This document shows positions 50,807 to 59,269 of a DNA stretch of 64,000 nucleotides, one piece after another. Source of the DNA: Abditibacteriaceae bacterium (GTDB taxonomy: Bacteria > Armatimonadota > Abditibacteriia > Abditibacteriales > Abditibacteriaceae); assembly GCA_965277285.1 (NCBI GenBank), contig OZ255721.1, positions 1,280,001 through 1,344,000 on the forward strand, in the 5' to 3' direction. Both the position numbers and the translations under genes were made by a program. Position 1 is the first letter of the stretch, and the number at the start of each line of letters is the position of its first letter. Below the pieces are notes generated by a model, which was not told where the DNA came from, searched no databases, and worked only from the letters and a program-made list of their open reading frames with translations.

Positions 50807-51577
50807 ATGTCAACCGAAACGCAAACCCAGAATCCCACCAACGGTCACAACGCTGCGCAAGAATATCCCAAAGCCGACACCAAACCCAATCGCGTCGAGC
50901 GCCAGTTCATCTCGTTTTCGTTCTACAAACTCGATCCCGCCTGGCGATTTTTGCCCGAAGCCGAAAAGCAAAGCGCGCGCGAAGAATTTACTGCTGTCGT
51001 CCGCGAGTTTCAAGAAGGCGGAACAGTTGTCGTGCCCTACTCGTGCGTCGGCACGCGCGCCGATACCGATTTGCTGTTGTGGCGAATTGATTACAAACTG
51101 GAACGCTTGCAGCAGATGAGCACGCGCATGGCGCAAAGCGGCATTGGTAAATATCTCAATCCTTCGCACGCCTTTTTGTCGATGAGCAAGCGCAGCACGT
51201 ATGTCGATAAACTCAATCCCGAACACGACGAATCGCGCACCACAATTGCTCCCGGGCGCGGCAAATACATCTTCGTTTATCCGTTCGTCAAGTCGCGCGA
51301 ATGGTACCTTCTGCATCCCTCGACGCGTCAGGGCATCATGGACGAACACATTCAGGTTGGCGTCAAATATCCGACCGTGAAACTGAACACGACGTATTCT
51401 TTCGGCCTGGACGATCAAGATTTCGTGGTCGCTTTTGAAGGCGACTTTCCCGAAGATTTCCTGGATTTGGTGATGGAACTGCGCGGAACCGAAAGCAGCA
51501 AATACACCGTCCGCGACACACCGATTTTGACCGGTATCAAAGGCACTTTGGAAGAAGTCGTGGCGACATTGGGCTGA
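50807..51577 (+). CDS. chdC: Chlorite dismutase-family protein, probable coproheme decarboxylase (ChdC/HemQ)
   Basis: GTRADTDLLLW, YPFVKSREWYLL, MDEHIQVG, YSFGLDDQDFVVAFE, LVMELR. Confidence 0.8.
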   Translation: MSTETQTQNPTNGHNAAQEYPKADTKPNRVERQFISFSFYKLDPAWRFLPEAEKQSAREEFTAVVREFQEGGTVVVPYSCVGTRADTDLLLWRIDYKLERLQQMSTRMAQSGIGKYLNPSHAFLSMSKRSTYVDKLNPEHDESRTTIAPGRGKYIFVYPFVKSREWYLLHPSTRQGIMDEHIQVGVKYPTVKLNTTYSFGLDDQDFVVAFEGDFPEDFLDLVMELRGTESSKYTVRDTPILTGIKGTLEEVVATLG

Positions 51578-51693
51578 ATTCAATGTCCAGATACTCGACT
51601 GGTCTGACATTCGGCGTGACAACAGAAAAACTGTTCAGCGGTTACTGTCGCCTGAACCCGTAACTTTAGTATCGAGTACTCGAATGGAATACA

Positions 51694-51728
51694 AAAGCGC
51701 CGCAAGAAAGTAATTCTTGCGGCGCTTT
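51694..51728. terminator. Bidirectional terminator
   Basis: AAAGCGCCGCAAGAA-AGTAA-TTCTTGCGGCGCTTT between convergent genes. Confidence 0.7.
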
Positions 51729-51746
51729 GTCGTTTCTATAAGTGGA

Positions 51747-53369
51747 TTAAAGGCCGACAGCGCGAATTTCTTCTTGTTCGGCGGCCTCGGGATCGGGTGA
51801 GGAATCGATGGCGCCGACGTAGAACTTGACATCGCGGCGATGCGCGGCGGGATAACGTTCGTAAATGCGGCGGAACTTGGCGACGTCCAAAGATTCGCCA
51901 GCGCGCTCGCCTTCTTCCATCGTGGCATCGATCATGGTGAACAGGTTGCGCGGGTCGCAAGCACGGATCAAGCGCTCGTCGTCTTTGTACCATTTCACCA
52001 GCAAATCGAACAATTCCGTGGCGCGACGCTCGGGACAGCCGACTTTGAGAGCTTCATTGCGAAAAATGTTGCCCCACAATGGTGTCAAAGGTCGGTCAAC
52101 CAAAATCTGGTACAGCAAGCGGCGCTTGAACGCGTCGTCAATTAATTCTTCGTGGTTGAGGTTGGTCGAAAGAAACAAGCGCTGCAAAAACGGCGCGCGA
52201 ATCGTCGAGCCGCCCGCGAAACGAATAATGCTTTCGCGCTGTTCCAAAGGATAAATGAACTGGTTGAGAATCATATTGTGATCCTCCGCTTGGCGCCCCA
52301 AGTCATCGAAAATGAAGATGCCGTTGTTCGCCTTGACGTGTGGCGGCGCCGTGTATTGCCCGTCAAAAGAAATCTCGAAGTGCGCGACCTTGAATTCGGT
52401 TCCGACCGTCACCAAAGGCGGCGCCGAGATGAGCCATCGTCGATCCGGCTTATCGTTGGTGCTTAGATTGGCGGCGCGACTCGCTTCTTCCATGCTCATC
52501 AAGTCGTCGCGCACTTTATGATACGCGGGATCGTACAACTGCACCACTTTGGAGTTGAACTCAAACGCATACGGCAACACGACAGGATCGCGCAGCAGGC
52601 GATGCAAGTTGTCGGTAATCAGCGATTTGCCATTGCCAGGCGGCCCGTAAAACAACATCACGCGCTGCGAGTTAAAGCCTTCGCGCAACAATCGCAGCAA
52701 TTCGGGACGCATCGGGTAAGCGGAGAACACGTCCTGGACATCGGCCAGCGAAGCGCGACGTTCGCGGCGCGCCTGCTGCTGCACCATCGAGCAATACGCG
52801 GTGAACGAGACCGGCGCCGGCCCGATATAAGCATCATCGCGTTCGATGAGCGAAGTCAGTTCACGGCCTTTGGTCGTCAGATCATAATGCAGCGGCATCG
52901 GCGTGTCGAGCAGTTCGCGCTGGTGCAACGAGTGCATTACTTCCCGAAAAACCGTCATCGCCAGACGCAAATGTTCGGAGAGTTGCTCTTCGGTCAACGA
53001 GCCTTCCTGCTTGATCGTTTTAAGAATTAAGCCTTCGATTACGCGATAGGAAACGCCCGATTCCTTGAGCGTCTTTGGTTGCTCGGGGCGAAACAAACCG
53101 TTGTTGCCCGCAGTTAAACGGTCGAGCAAAACGGCATTGGTCGAACGATGATCGACATGACGTTGTTGTGGCGCCAGACCGCCGTGCAGCGTCGGCAGAC
53201 GGTCGTCACCTTGCGGCGAGGTACCGCCATTCGCTTGTTCCCGAATGCGACGAATGCGCTCTTGAACCTCGTCGAGTTCTTCGTCTTCTTCCTCGCCTTC
53301 AACTTCTTCGCCAGGACGCCGCGCCTTAAACTGTTCGAGAGCGGACCGCGCCGCAGGACTCAATGCCAT
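51747..53369 (-). CDS. AAA-type P-loop ATPase of unknown function
   Basis: YIGPAPV, YGPPGNGKS, VKANNGIFIFDDLGRQ, STNL, AFKRRL. Confidence 0.85.
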   Translation of the reverse strand: MALSPAARSALEQFKARRPGEEVEGEEEDEELDEVQERIRRIREQANGGTSPQGDDRLPTLHGGLAPQQRHVDHRSTNAVLLDRLTAGNNGLFRPEQPKTLKESGVSYRVIEGLILKTIKQEGSLTEEQLSEHLRLAMTVFREVMHSLHQRELLDTPMPLHYDLTTKGRELTSLIERDDAYIGPAPVSFTAYCSMVQQQARRERRASLADVQDVFSAYPMRPELLRLLREGFNSQRVMLFYGPPGNGKSLITDNLHRLLRDPVVLPYAFEFNSKVVQLYDPAYHKVRDDLMSMEEASRAANLSTNDKPDRRWLISAPPLVTVGTEFKVAHFEISFDGQYTAPPHVKANNGIFIFDDLGRQAEDHNMILNQFIYPLEQRESIIRFAGGSTIRAPFLQRLFLSTNLNHEELIDDAFKRRLLYQILVDRPLTPLWGNIFRNEALKVGCPERRATELFDLLVKWYKDDERLIRACDPRNLFTMIDATMEEGERAGESLDVAKFRRIYERYPAAHRRDVKFYVGAIDSSPDPEAAEQEEIRAVGL

Positions 53370-53515
53370 GACCTTTCCTCCAACCCTTCGCTTTCTTTTC
53401 TATTCCTCATTTTACAGCGTTTTCGCTAAAACCGCGATTTTGAAGCTTACAGAAGGCACTTTCGAGTACTCGATTGGCCAATACACGATTTCACGCCGTG
53501 ATAAACTGGCGCGTC

Positions 53516-54754
53516 ATGCGTTTGAAGTCAACTTTCTGGGTAATCTGTTGCGCACTGCTTTGTCTGACGACATTGAGCGCGATTCGCGGCGTTCGAGCGG
53601 ACAGCGGCGTTTCGCCCGCGATGTCGCTCGAAGCACACATGGAAAAAATTGAGATCGCGCGCTTGCGGTTACACAACGTCGCCAATGGCGAAATCGAAGG
53701 TTCGCGCGACGGCGGCCAAACCTGGCAACTGCTCGGCCACATTTTGCAGGCGACCAAGCAAGTCAACCGGCGCGCTTTCACCGCCTCGAAATACGCGCAA
53801 ATCGGAACCGTTTGCGCCACAGCGGTCAACGCGATTCATCTCAAAGCCGGACAAAATACCAGCGAAAATCGCGGCGTCATTTGGAGTTTGGCGCCGCAAG
53901 CCGACAGCGCCGCCGGTCGCGTTAGTTTGCAAAGCGAAGTCGCGCCCGGCGCCTTTGCGCAAACCGATATTCCGGGCGGCAGCGGCATTTTCGGTGGCCC
54001 TTTCACGCCGTTCGTCGGCAACCCGATTTTTCTCGACAACGCTCGCAACAACACGCTTGTCTCGCTGCCTAACAATTACATTCCAAAAATCGGCGATTCG
54101 TGGACAATTTTGATTCAGCGACCACGCCATTATCCGCGCGAAATTGTTTTCGAGAACCGCTTTGGCGGACAAATCACGGTTCAATATCGCGGCGAAGAAC
54201 CGCGCGTTATCGGTCAGGTTTTGAAACCTGTGGTCGGAATCGGTCGCTTTGTCGGCTCGTATTTTTCCGAAGTCGGGCGATTGCGCGCCAACCACAACGG
54301 CGTCATTGATGTTTGCACCAGTCCGCGAGGTTTGGTCGGTTCGTTCCAAATCGTGCCCGCGCGACACGCCAACGAACCGGAACTGTCTTATATTCAAACT
54401 TCGACGCAATGGATGGTGGTTGGGCCGGTTTCGGTTCTCGACCCAACGCCCGAAGGTGTCGCGCCGTTGTTTTCCTCTTATTTGCGCCCACGCTTCGACC
54501 GCGCCGATTTGGACAATCCCGATCCCATCGAAGGCCTGGCCGGACGTTTTCTCTTTGAAGTGAAATTGCGCGATGCCAAAGGCCAGATTTCCGATTGGCA
54601 ACCGATGCCAACCTTTTGGCTGCGTCCAAACGAACCGCTGCCCAATTGGGCGAAAACCTGTTTGTCGAACATGACAGCGCTGCGTATTCGCTTTCCCTTT
54701 ACATTTGACGACACAACGGATCGAGTACTCGATGTGGCCAAAGATGCTTCGTAG
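53516..54754 (+). CDS. Hypothetical secreted protein
   Basis: Signal peptide ending VRA; internally repeated ATAVNAIH / RANHNGVID-type halves. Confidence 0.7.
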   Translation: MRLKSTFWVICCALLCLTTLSAIRGVRADSGVSPAMSLEAHMEKIEIARLRLHNVANGEIEGSRDGGQTWQLLGHILQATKQVNRRAFTASKYAQIGTVCATAVNAIHLKAGQNTSENRGVIWSLAPQADSAAGRVSLQSEVAPGAFAQTDIPGGSGIFGGPFTPFVGNPIFLDNARNNTLVSLPNNYIPKIGDSWTILIQRPRHYPREIVFENRFGGQITVQYRGEEPRVIGQVLKPVVGIGRFVGSYFSEVGRLRANHNGVIDVCTSPRGLVGSFQIVPARHANEPELSYIQTSTQWMVVGPVSVLDPTPEGVAPLFSSYLRPRFDRADLDNPDPIEGLAGRFLFEVKLRDAKGQISDWQPMPTFWLRPNEPLPNWAKTCLSNMTALRIRFPFTFDDTTDRVLDVAKDAS

Positions 54755-54827
54755 GGGCGTCAGCTCGCTGCGCCTGTTTTGCTCAATCGAGTACTCGAAC
54801 GCGGACGCAGCGAGCTGACGCCCCTAC
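54751..54827. repeat. GTAG-type REP doublet with TCGAGTACTCGA in the loop
   Basis: GTAGGGGCGTCAGCTCGCTGCG...CGCAGCGAGCTGACGCCCCTAC. Confidence 0.8.
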
Positions 54828-54847
54828 AAATGCTGTAATGGATCAAT

Positions 54848-55558
54848 ATGAACCAACTTTTTCAACAACTCAAAACCAACGCCTTCACGCTGCTGATTTC
54901 GCTTCCGGCAAACGATTTGGACATGGCGCGAGCCGCATTGAATGGCGGTGCGCACGGCTTAAAAGTTCATGTCAACGTCGAACATTTCGCATCGGGAACC
55001 AGATTTGGTTCGTGGTCGCAAGAGCGCGACAAGATCGCCCAAATCTGCGCCCTGGCACGCGAACATGGCGCGTCGGTCGGCATTGTTCCAGGCGCGAGCG
55101 TTGGCCAGGAACAGCGTTTCGCCAGCGAAGACGAGTTTGCAGAGATGGCGCAAATCGGGCTGGATTACTTCGACGCGTATCCCGCTGATGCGCCCGCCTG
55201 GACGCTGAACCAAAAACATCTCGATGTGATGCTGGCGGCGTATCACGGCGGAAAGTGGGACGAACTTCAAGTCCTGGAAACGCTGGGAATGCGCTTGTGC
55301 GAAGCCTCGCTGATGCCACACGAAGATTACGGAACAGTCTTATCGGCGCGCGACCTGGCGACGTATCGCGCTCTTTGCGACGCGATTAAGACGCCCGTCA
55401 TTATTCCCTCGCAAAAAGCGCTGGTACCGCGCGATATTCTTTTGCTTCAACAAACCGGCGCGCGTGGCGTTCTCATCGGCGCCATTGTTTGCGGACGCGA
55501 AGTCTCTTCAATTGAAGCTGCTACGCGCACTTTTGCCCAAGAAATCAACCACGGATGA
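54848..55558 (+). CDS. Hypothetical TIM-barrel protein
   Basis: LISLPAN, LKVHVNVEHFASGT, VIIPSQK, GVLIGAIV. Confidence 0.7.
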   Translation: MNQLFQQLKTNAFTLLISLPANDLDMARAALNGGAHGLKVHVNVEHFASGTRFGSWSQERDKIAQICALAREHGASVGIVPGASVGQEQRFASEDEFAEMAQIGLDYFDAYPADAPAWTLNQKHLDVMLAAYHGGKWDELQVLETLGMRLCEASLMPHEDYGTVLSARDLATYRALCDAIKTPVIIPSQKALVPRDILLLQQTGARGVLIGAIVCGREVSSIEAATRTFAQEINHG

Positions 55559-55641
55559 ACGCAGATGGACACGGATAAAAGAGGTTAGCGCGAACTCTAT
55601 TCTTCACTCTCATCTGTGTTTATCCGTGTTCATCTGTGGTT
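55547..55641. repeat. AACCACGGATGAAC-type palindromic repeat
   Basis: AACCACGGATGAACGCAGATGGACACGGAT...ATCTGTGTTTATCCGTGTTCATCTGTGGTT. Confidence 0.7.
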
Positions 55642-55649
55642 CAAAAACT

Positions 55650-56579
55650 ATGAACGAAATCACTATTCGCGTTCCCGCGACCTCGGCCAATCTCGGCCCC
55701 GGCTTCGATACGCTCGGTTTGGCGCTGAGCCTTTATAATACGGTTACGATTCGCGCCGCCGACAATCGAGTACTCGAACGCGTGCGCATCACGGGCGAAG
55801 GCGCTGGAGTTTTAGCAACTGACGAAAGCAACATTGCGTATTCCAGCGCGCAAATGCTGTTTACTTTTTTAGGTGTTAATTGCAGCTTCGCGCTGGAAAT
55901 GCACAACGAAATTCCGCTGTCACGGGGCTTGGGAAGCAGCGCAGCGGCGCGTGTCGGCGGACTTGTCGCGGCCAATGAATGGGCAAAAACGCATGGCGAA
56001 AAAACTGCATCGCGCAACGAACTTTTGACTTTAGCCGCCGAATTGGAAGGTCATCCCGATAATTCGTCGGCGTGCTTAATGGGTGGTTTCATCGTGTCGG
56101 CGCAAGGTGACGAACGTGTCTTTACCGTGCGTCCGCCCGTCGAGAAATGGCCGCGCTTTGCCGTCTGGATTCCTGATGAACCACTTCCCACCAAAGAAGC
56201 GCGCGCCGTGGTGCCGCAAACTCTTTCGCGCGAAGACGCGGTTTTCAACATTTCGCGCGCCGCGCTTTTGGTGGCTGCGCTTTCAATCGACGACGAAGAC
56301 GCTTTGCGCGAAGCCTTGCACGATAAAATCCACCAAACGCAACGTGCGCCCTTGATTCGCGGTTATCACGAAATCACACAAACCGCGATTGAAAACGGAG
56401 CCTTTGGCGCGACACTTTCCGGCGCTGGCAGCACAATTTTATTGTGGTCGCCATATAAATCGAGTACTGGAAATGCCATCGAAAAAACGGTTTTGCAATT
56501 GACGAGAGAAAACGGTTTCAGCGGTCGCTTTTTGTGGCTCGAAGTTGATGGCTTGGGCGCCCACGTTCTCGCATCGTGA
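55650..56579 (+). CDS. thrB: Homoserine kinase
   Basis: VPATSANLGPGFD, IPLSRGLGSS, EGHPDN, LSGAGST. Confidence 0.95.
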   Translation: MNEITIRVPATSANLGPGFDTLGLALSLYNTVTIRAADNRVLERVRITGEGAGVLATDESNIAYSSAQMLFTFLGVNCSFALEMHNEIPLSRGLGSSAAARVGGLVAANEWAKTHGEKTASRNELLTLAAELEGHPDNSSACLMGGFIVSAQGDERVFTVRPPVEKWPRFAVWIPDEPLPTKEARAVVPQTLSREDAVFNISRAALLVAALSIDDEDALREALHDKIHQTQRAPLIRGYHEITQTAIENGAFGATLSGAGSTILLWSPYKSSTGNAIEKTVLQLTRENGFSGRFLWLEVDGLGAHVLAS

Positions 56580-56594
56580 AATGATGGCAGCGCC

Positions 56595-57134
56595 TTATAA
56601 ACATTCAACGGCGCGCTGATACATCGCTTCATCGACGCCCAAACGTTCGAGCCAACTATTGAAATAACATAGCGTTCGCTCGCAGGTACGGCGATAGCTG
56701 GGGCGCTGGTTGGCATCGAACATATAAAGCAAAAAGTCTTTTTTGTTCTGGATTTTGTCTGCCGCCAGCATTTGATGCACGCGACTCAAGGTTCCAATTT
56801 CAATTTCCTGAGAGCTTTTGACCGGATTGGTCAGAGTGTAAAGATTCGCCACGCGACGATATTCCATCGCCAGAAGAATGGCGCGCGGCGTGATCTGCGA
56901 CAAGGTTTGATCGCCCAGTTCCTGCAAAGCGCGATTGTTTTGAAACAAAGGATGCAGGCAAAACGCTTCGATTGTGATGTCATCAGCGGCAAACACACGA
57001 TGTAGAATCGTCGCGCCTTCGCGGATGTGATTGATATAAGGAACGCCGCTACGTCGCGCGATCTTGCCGCGATAAGCGCGCTCGATAATGCCATAAAACG
57101 GCTGGTTTTCCAGCGTCACAAGAAAATCGGACAT
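56595..57134 (-). CDS. Hypothetical HD-like (RelA/SpoT hydrolase-like fold) protein
   Basis: RSGVPYINH, AFCLHP, ADKIQN; HD motif degenerate (HP). Confidence 0.55.
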   Translation of the reverse strand: MSDFLVTLENQPFYGIIERAYRGKIARRSGVPYINHIREGATILHRVFAADDITIEAFCLHPLFQNNRALQELGDQTLSQITPRAILLAMEYRRVANLYTLTNPVKSSQEIEIGTLSRVHQMLAADKIQNKKDFLLYMFDANQRPSYRRTCERTLCYFNSWLERLGVDEAMYQRAVECL

Positions 57135-57288
57135 AAAACAGAAGAGCGTCGTTCCGCCATCGAATCGAGTACTCGATGAAGCGTCTTCAATGAAGAATAC
57201 TCTTTGCACAACGCGACAGCACGCTGAATGGGTTTATGTTGACGATAAGGGAATCTAAGATGTCTGTGAGCGATCTGGGTGGCTTGGT

Positions 57289-57621
57289 TCAACTCCAAAC
57301 GAAATAGTTGAAGGGAATGCCCTGCTCTTCCATCCATTGTTTGGCTTCGGGGAAGTCGGGAAATTTGTCTTTCAAGAGCAGCAGCAACACGCTGTCTTTG
57401 AAGCGTTCTGCAATGGTTATCGAGTACTCGTAATCGTGCCCGAAATTGTCTTGAGGCAGTTTGCCCCAATCCAAACCGCTGACCACCAACTCGCTTTTGT
57501 CATTAATCACGGCGCCAACGCTACGCCCCACATTATGCGTTTCGGGACTGATGAAACTGACGCTTTGGATCGGCTCAAATTCTGTGTTGTCCATTTTCAT
57601 AACCTCCAATTGGAAGTACAT
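57289..57621 (-). CDS. Hypothetical protein
   Basis: Acidic small ORF directly downstream of hemB, same strand. Confidence 0.6.
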   Translation of the reverse strand: MYFQLEVMKMDNTEFEPIQSVSFISPETHNVGRSVGAVINDKSELVVSGLDWGKLPQDNFGHDYEYSITIAERFKDSVLLLLLKDKFPDFPEAKQWMEEQGIPFNYFVWS

Positions 57622-57639
57622 CGCCGGACATTTTTGGCA

Positions 57640-58623
57640 TTAATCACCGCGCTGAAATTGTTGCGCCCACTCTTTCGCGTGATAAGTGATGATCAAATCG
57701 GCACCGGCGCGCTTGATCGACAAAAGCGTTTCGCCAATCAATTGCTCTTCGTTGATCCAGCCACGTTCGCCCGCCGCTTTAATCATGGAATATTCGCTGG
57801 ATACGTTATAAGCGCAAATCGGCAGGTCGCAACGGTCGCGCGTTTCGCGGATGATGTCTAAGCAAAACAGCGCCGGTTTGATGAGGATGATATCGGCGCC
57901 TTCTTCGATGTCGGCTTGAACTTCGCGCTGCACTTCGCGGCGATTGGCGATGTCCATTTGATAACTGCGGCGGTCGCCAAAGCTGGGCGTGTTGTCCGCC
58001 GCATCACGGAACGGGCCGTAAAACGCACCGGCAAACTTCGCGGCATAACTCATAATCGGCAGATTCGAGTACTCGTTATCGTCCAGAACACGGCGAATAT
58101 GCGCCACGCGACCATCCATCATATCAGACGGCGCGATGATGTCGGCTCCAGCTTGGGCGTAACACAACGACGCTTTGCCCAATAATTGCAACGTCTGGTC
58201 GTTATGAACTTCGCCGTTGTGAATGATGCCGCAATGCGCGTGATCGGTGTATTCGCAAGCGCAAACATCGGCGACCACGCACATTTGCGGCACTGCTTTT
58301 TTGATGGCGCGAATCGTGTTTGCAACTGGCCCGTTTGCGTCGTAAGCCGCCGAACCGTGCGCGTTTTTCTCTTCGTTGGCAGGAATGCCAAACAAAATCA
58401 CCGACAAAACGCCCAACTTCCACAATTCCGTCGCTTCTTGCGCGGCGGTATCGGGCGACCAGCGAAATTGTCCCGGCATCGAAGCAATTGGCGCACGAAC
58501 GTCCTGCCCGTTTTCAATAAATAATCCGGCGATCAAGTCCGACGGATGCAGTTCGGTTTCGCGTGTCATGCAGCGCAAGGTTGGCGTGGCGCGCAAACGG
58601 CGCAATCGTTGAGTGGGAAACAT
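57640..58623 (-). CDS. hemB: Porphobilinogen synthase
   Basis: RLRRLR, DVCACEYTDHAHCG, APSDMMDGR, FYGPFRDA, YQMD, IKP. Confidence 0.96.
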   Translation of the reverse strand: MFPTQRLRRLRATPTLRCMTRETELHPSDLIAGLFIENGQDVRAPIASMPGQFRWSPDTAAQEATELWKLGVLSVILFGIPANEEKNAHGSAAYDANGPVANTIRAIKKAVPQMCVVADVCACEYTDHAHCGIIHNGEVHNDQTLQLLGKASLCYAQAGADIIAPSDMMDGRVAHIRRVLDDNEYSNLPIMSYAAKFAGAFYGPFRDAADNTPSFGDRRSYQMDIANRREVQREVQADIEEGADIILIKPALFCLDIIRETRDRCDLPICAYNVSSEYSMIKAAGERGWINEEQLIGETLLSIKRAGADLIITYHAKEWAQQFQRGD

Positions 58624-58631
58624 AAGAAATT

Positions 58632-58718
58632 AACGAACCCTGAGCGTAAGCGACGGGTGAAAAGTATCAGTTTGTGTGGCTTATACCTTTCACCCGTCGC
58701 TTACGCTCAGGGTTCGTT
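58632..58718. repeat. Family C REP-like palindrome supplying the MOSC gene stop
   Basis: AACGAACCCTGAGCGTAAGCGACGGGTGAAA...TTTCACCCGTCGCTTACGCTCAGGGTTCGTT. Confidence 0.85.
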
Positions 58719-59174
58719 GATGATCGAAACTGCATCGCCGACATGAAGTTCGCCGCTTTCGAGTACTCGAACATAAACGCGGCTCAGACCTGGCACTTTT
58801 TTGTGATGCACGCGCATGAAATTATCGTTCAGAAAAGAGGCTTTGATATTTTTGCACGGCGTTGTATAGCTCGTCACTTCCACCGCGATTTCGCCGATTT
58901 GCAGGCGAACACCAGGAACAATTTCATTCCATTTCAAGCCTGTAATGAGCACGTTTTCGCCGGTTGTTCCCGGCGCAATCGGATGACCTTCAGCTTGCAA
59001 TTGCTGAATCACTTCGAGCGAATACAAACACAAAGCGCGCTGGGTTCCGCCGTGATATTTCAAGTTGCGCTGTCGGTCGCCTTCGATTCCGGTTGCGGAA
59101 ACAACGCCGCGTTCAATCGGCAATTTCGGCACGCCACCGTTTGAAACGAAAAGTCCAACGATTTTTGATGTCAT
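58707..59174 (-). CDS. MOSC domain protein (YiiM-like)
   Basis: GGVPKLP, GIEGD, HGG..RALCLYS, GENV, TTPC, GELHVGD. Confidence 0.88.
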   Translation of the reverse strand: MTSKIVGLFVSNGGVPKLPIERGVVSATGIEGDRQRNLKYHGGTQRALCLYSLEVIQQLQAEGHPIAPGTTGENVLITGLKWNEIVPGVRLQIGEIAVEVTSYTTPCKNIKASFLNDNFMRVHHKKVPGLSRVYVRVLESGELHVGDAVSIINEP

Positions 59175-59189
59175 AATCTTGATGGAAAA

Positions 59190-59269
59190 AACCCTGAGCG
59201 TCAGCGACGGGTGAAAAGTAGAAGCCACGTAATATAGAGAGTTCTCACCCGTCGCTGACGCTCAGGGTT
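59190..59269. repeat. Family C REP-like palindrome supplying the cobA-hemD stop
   Basis: AACCCTGAGCGTCAGCGACGGGTGA...TCACCCGTCGCTGACGCTCAGGGTT. Confidence 0.85.
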
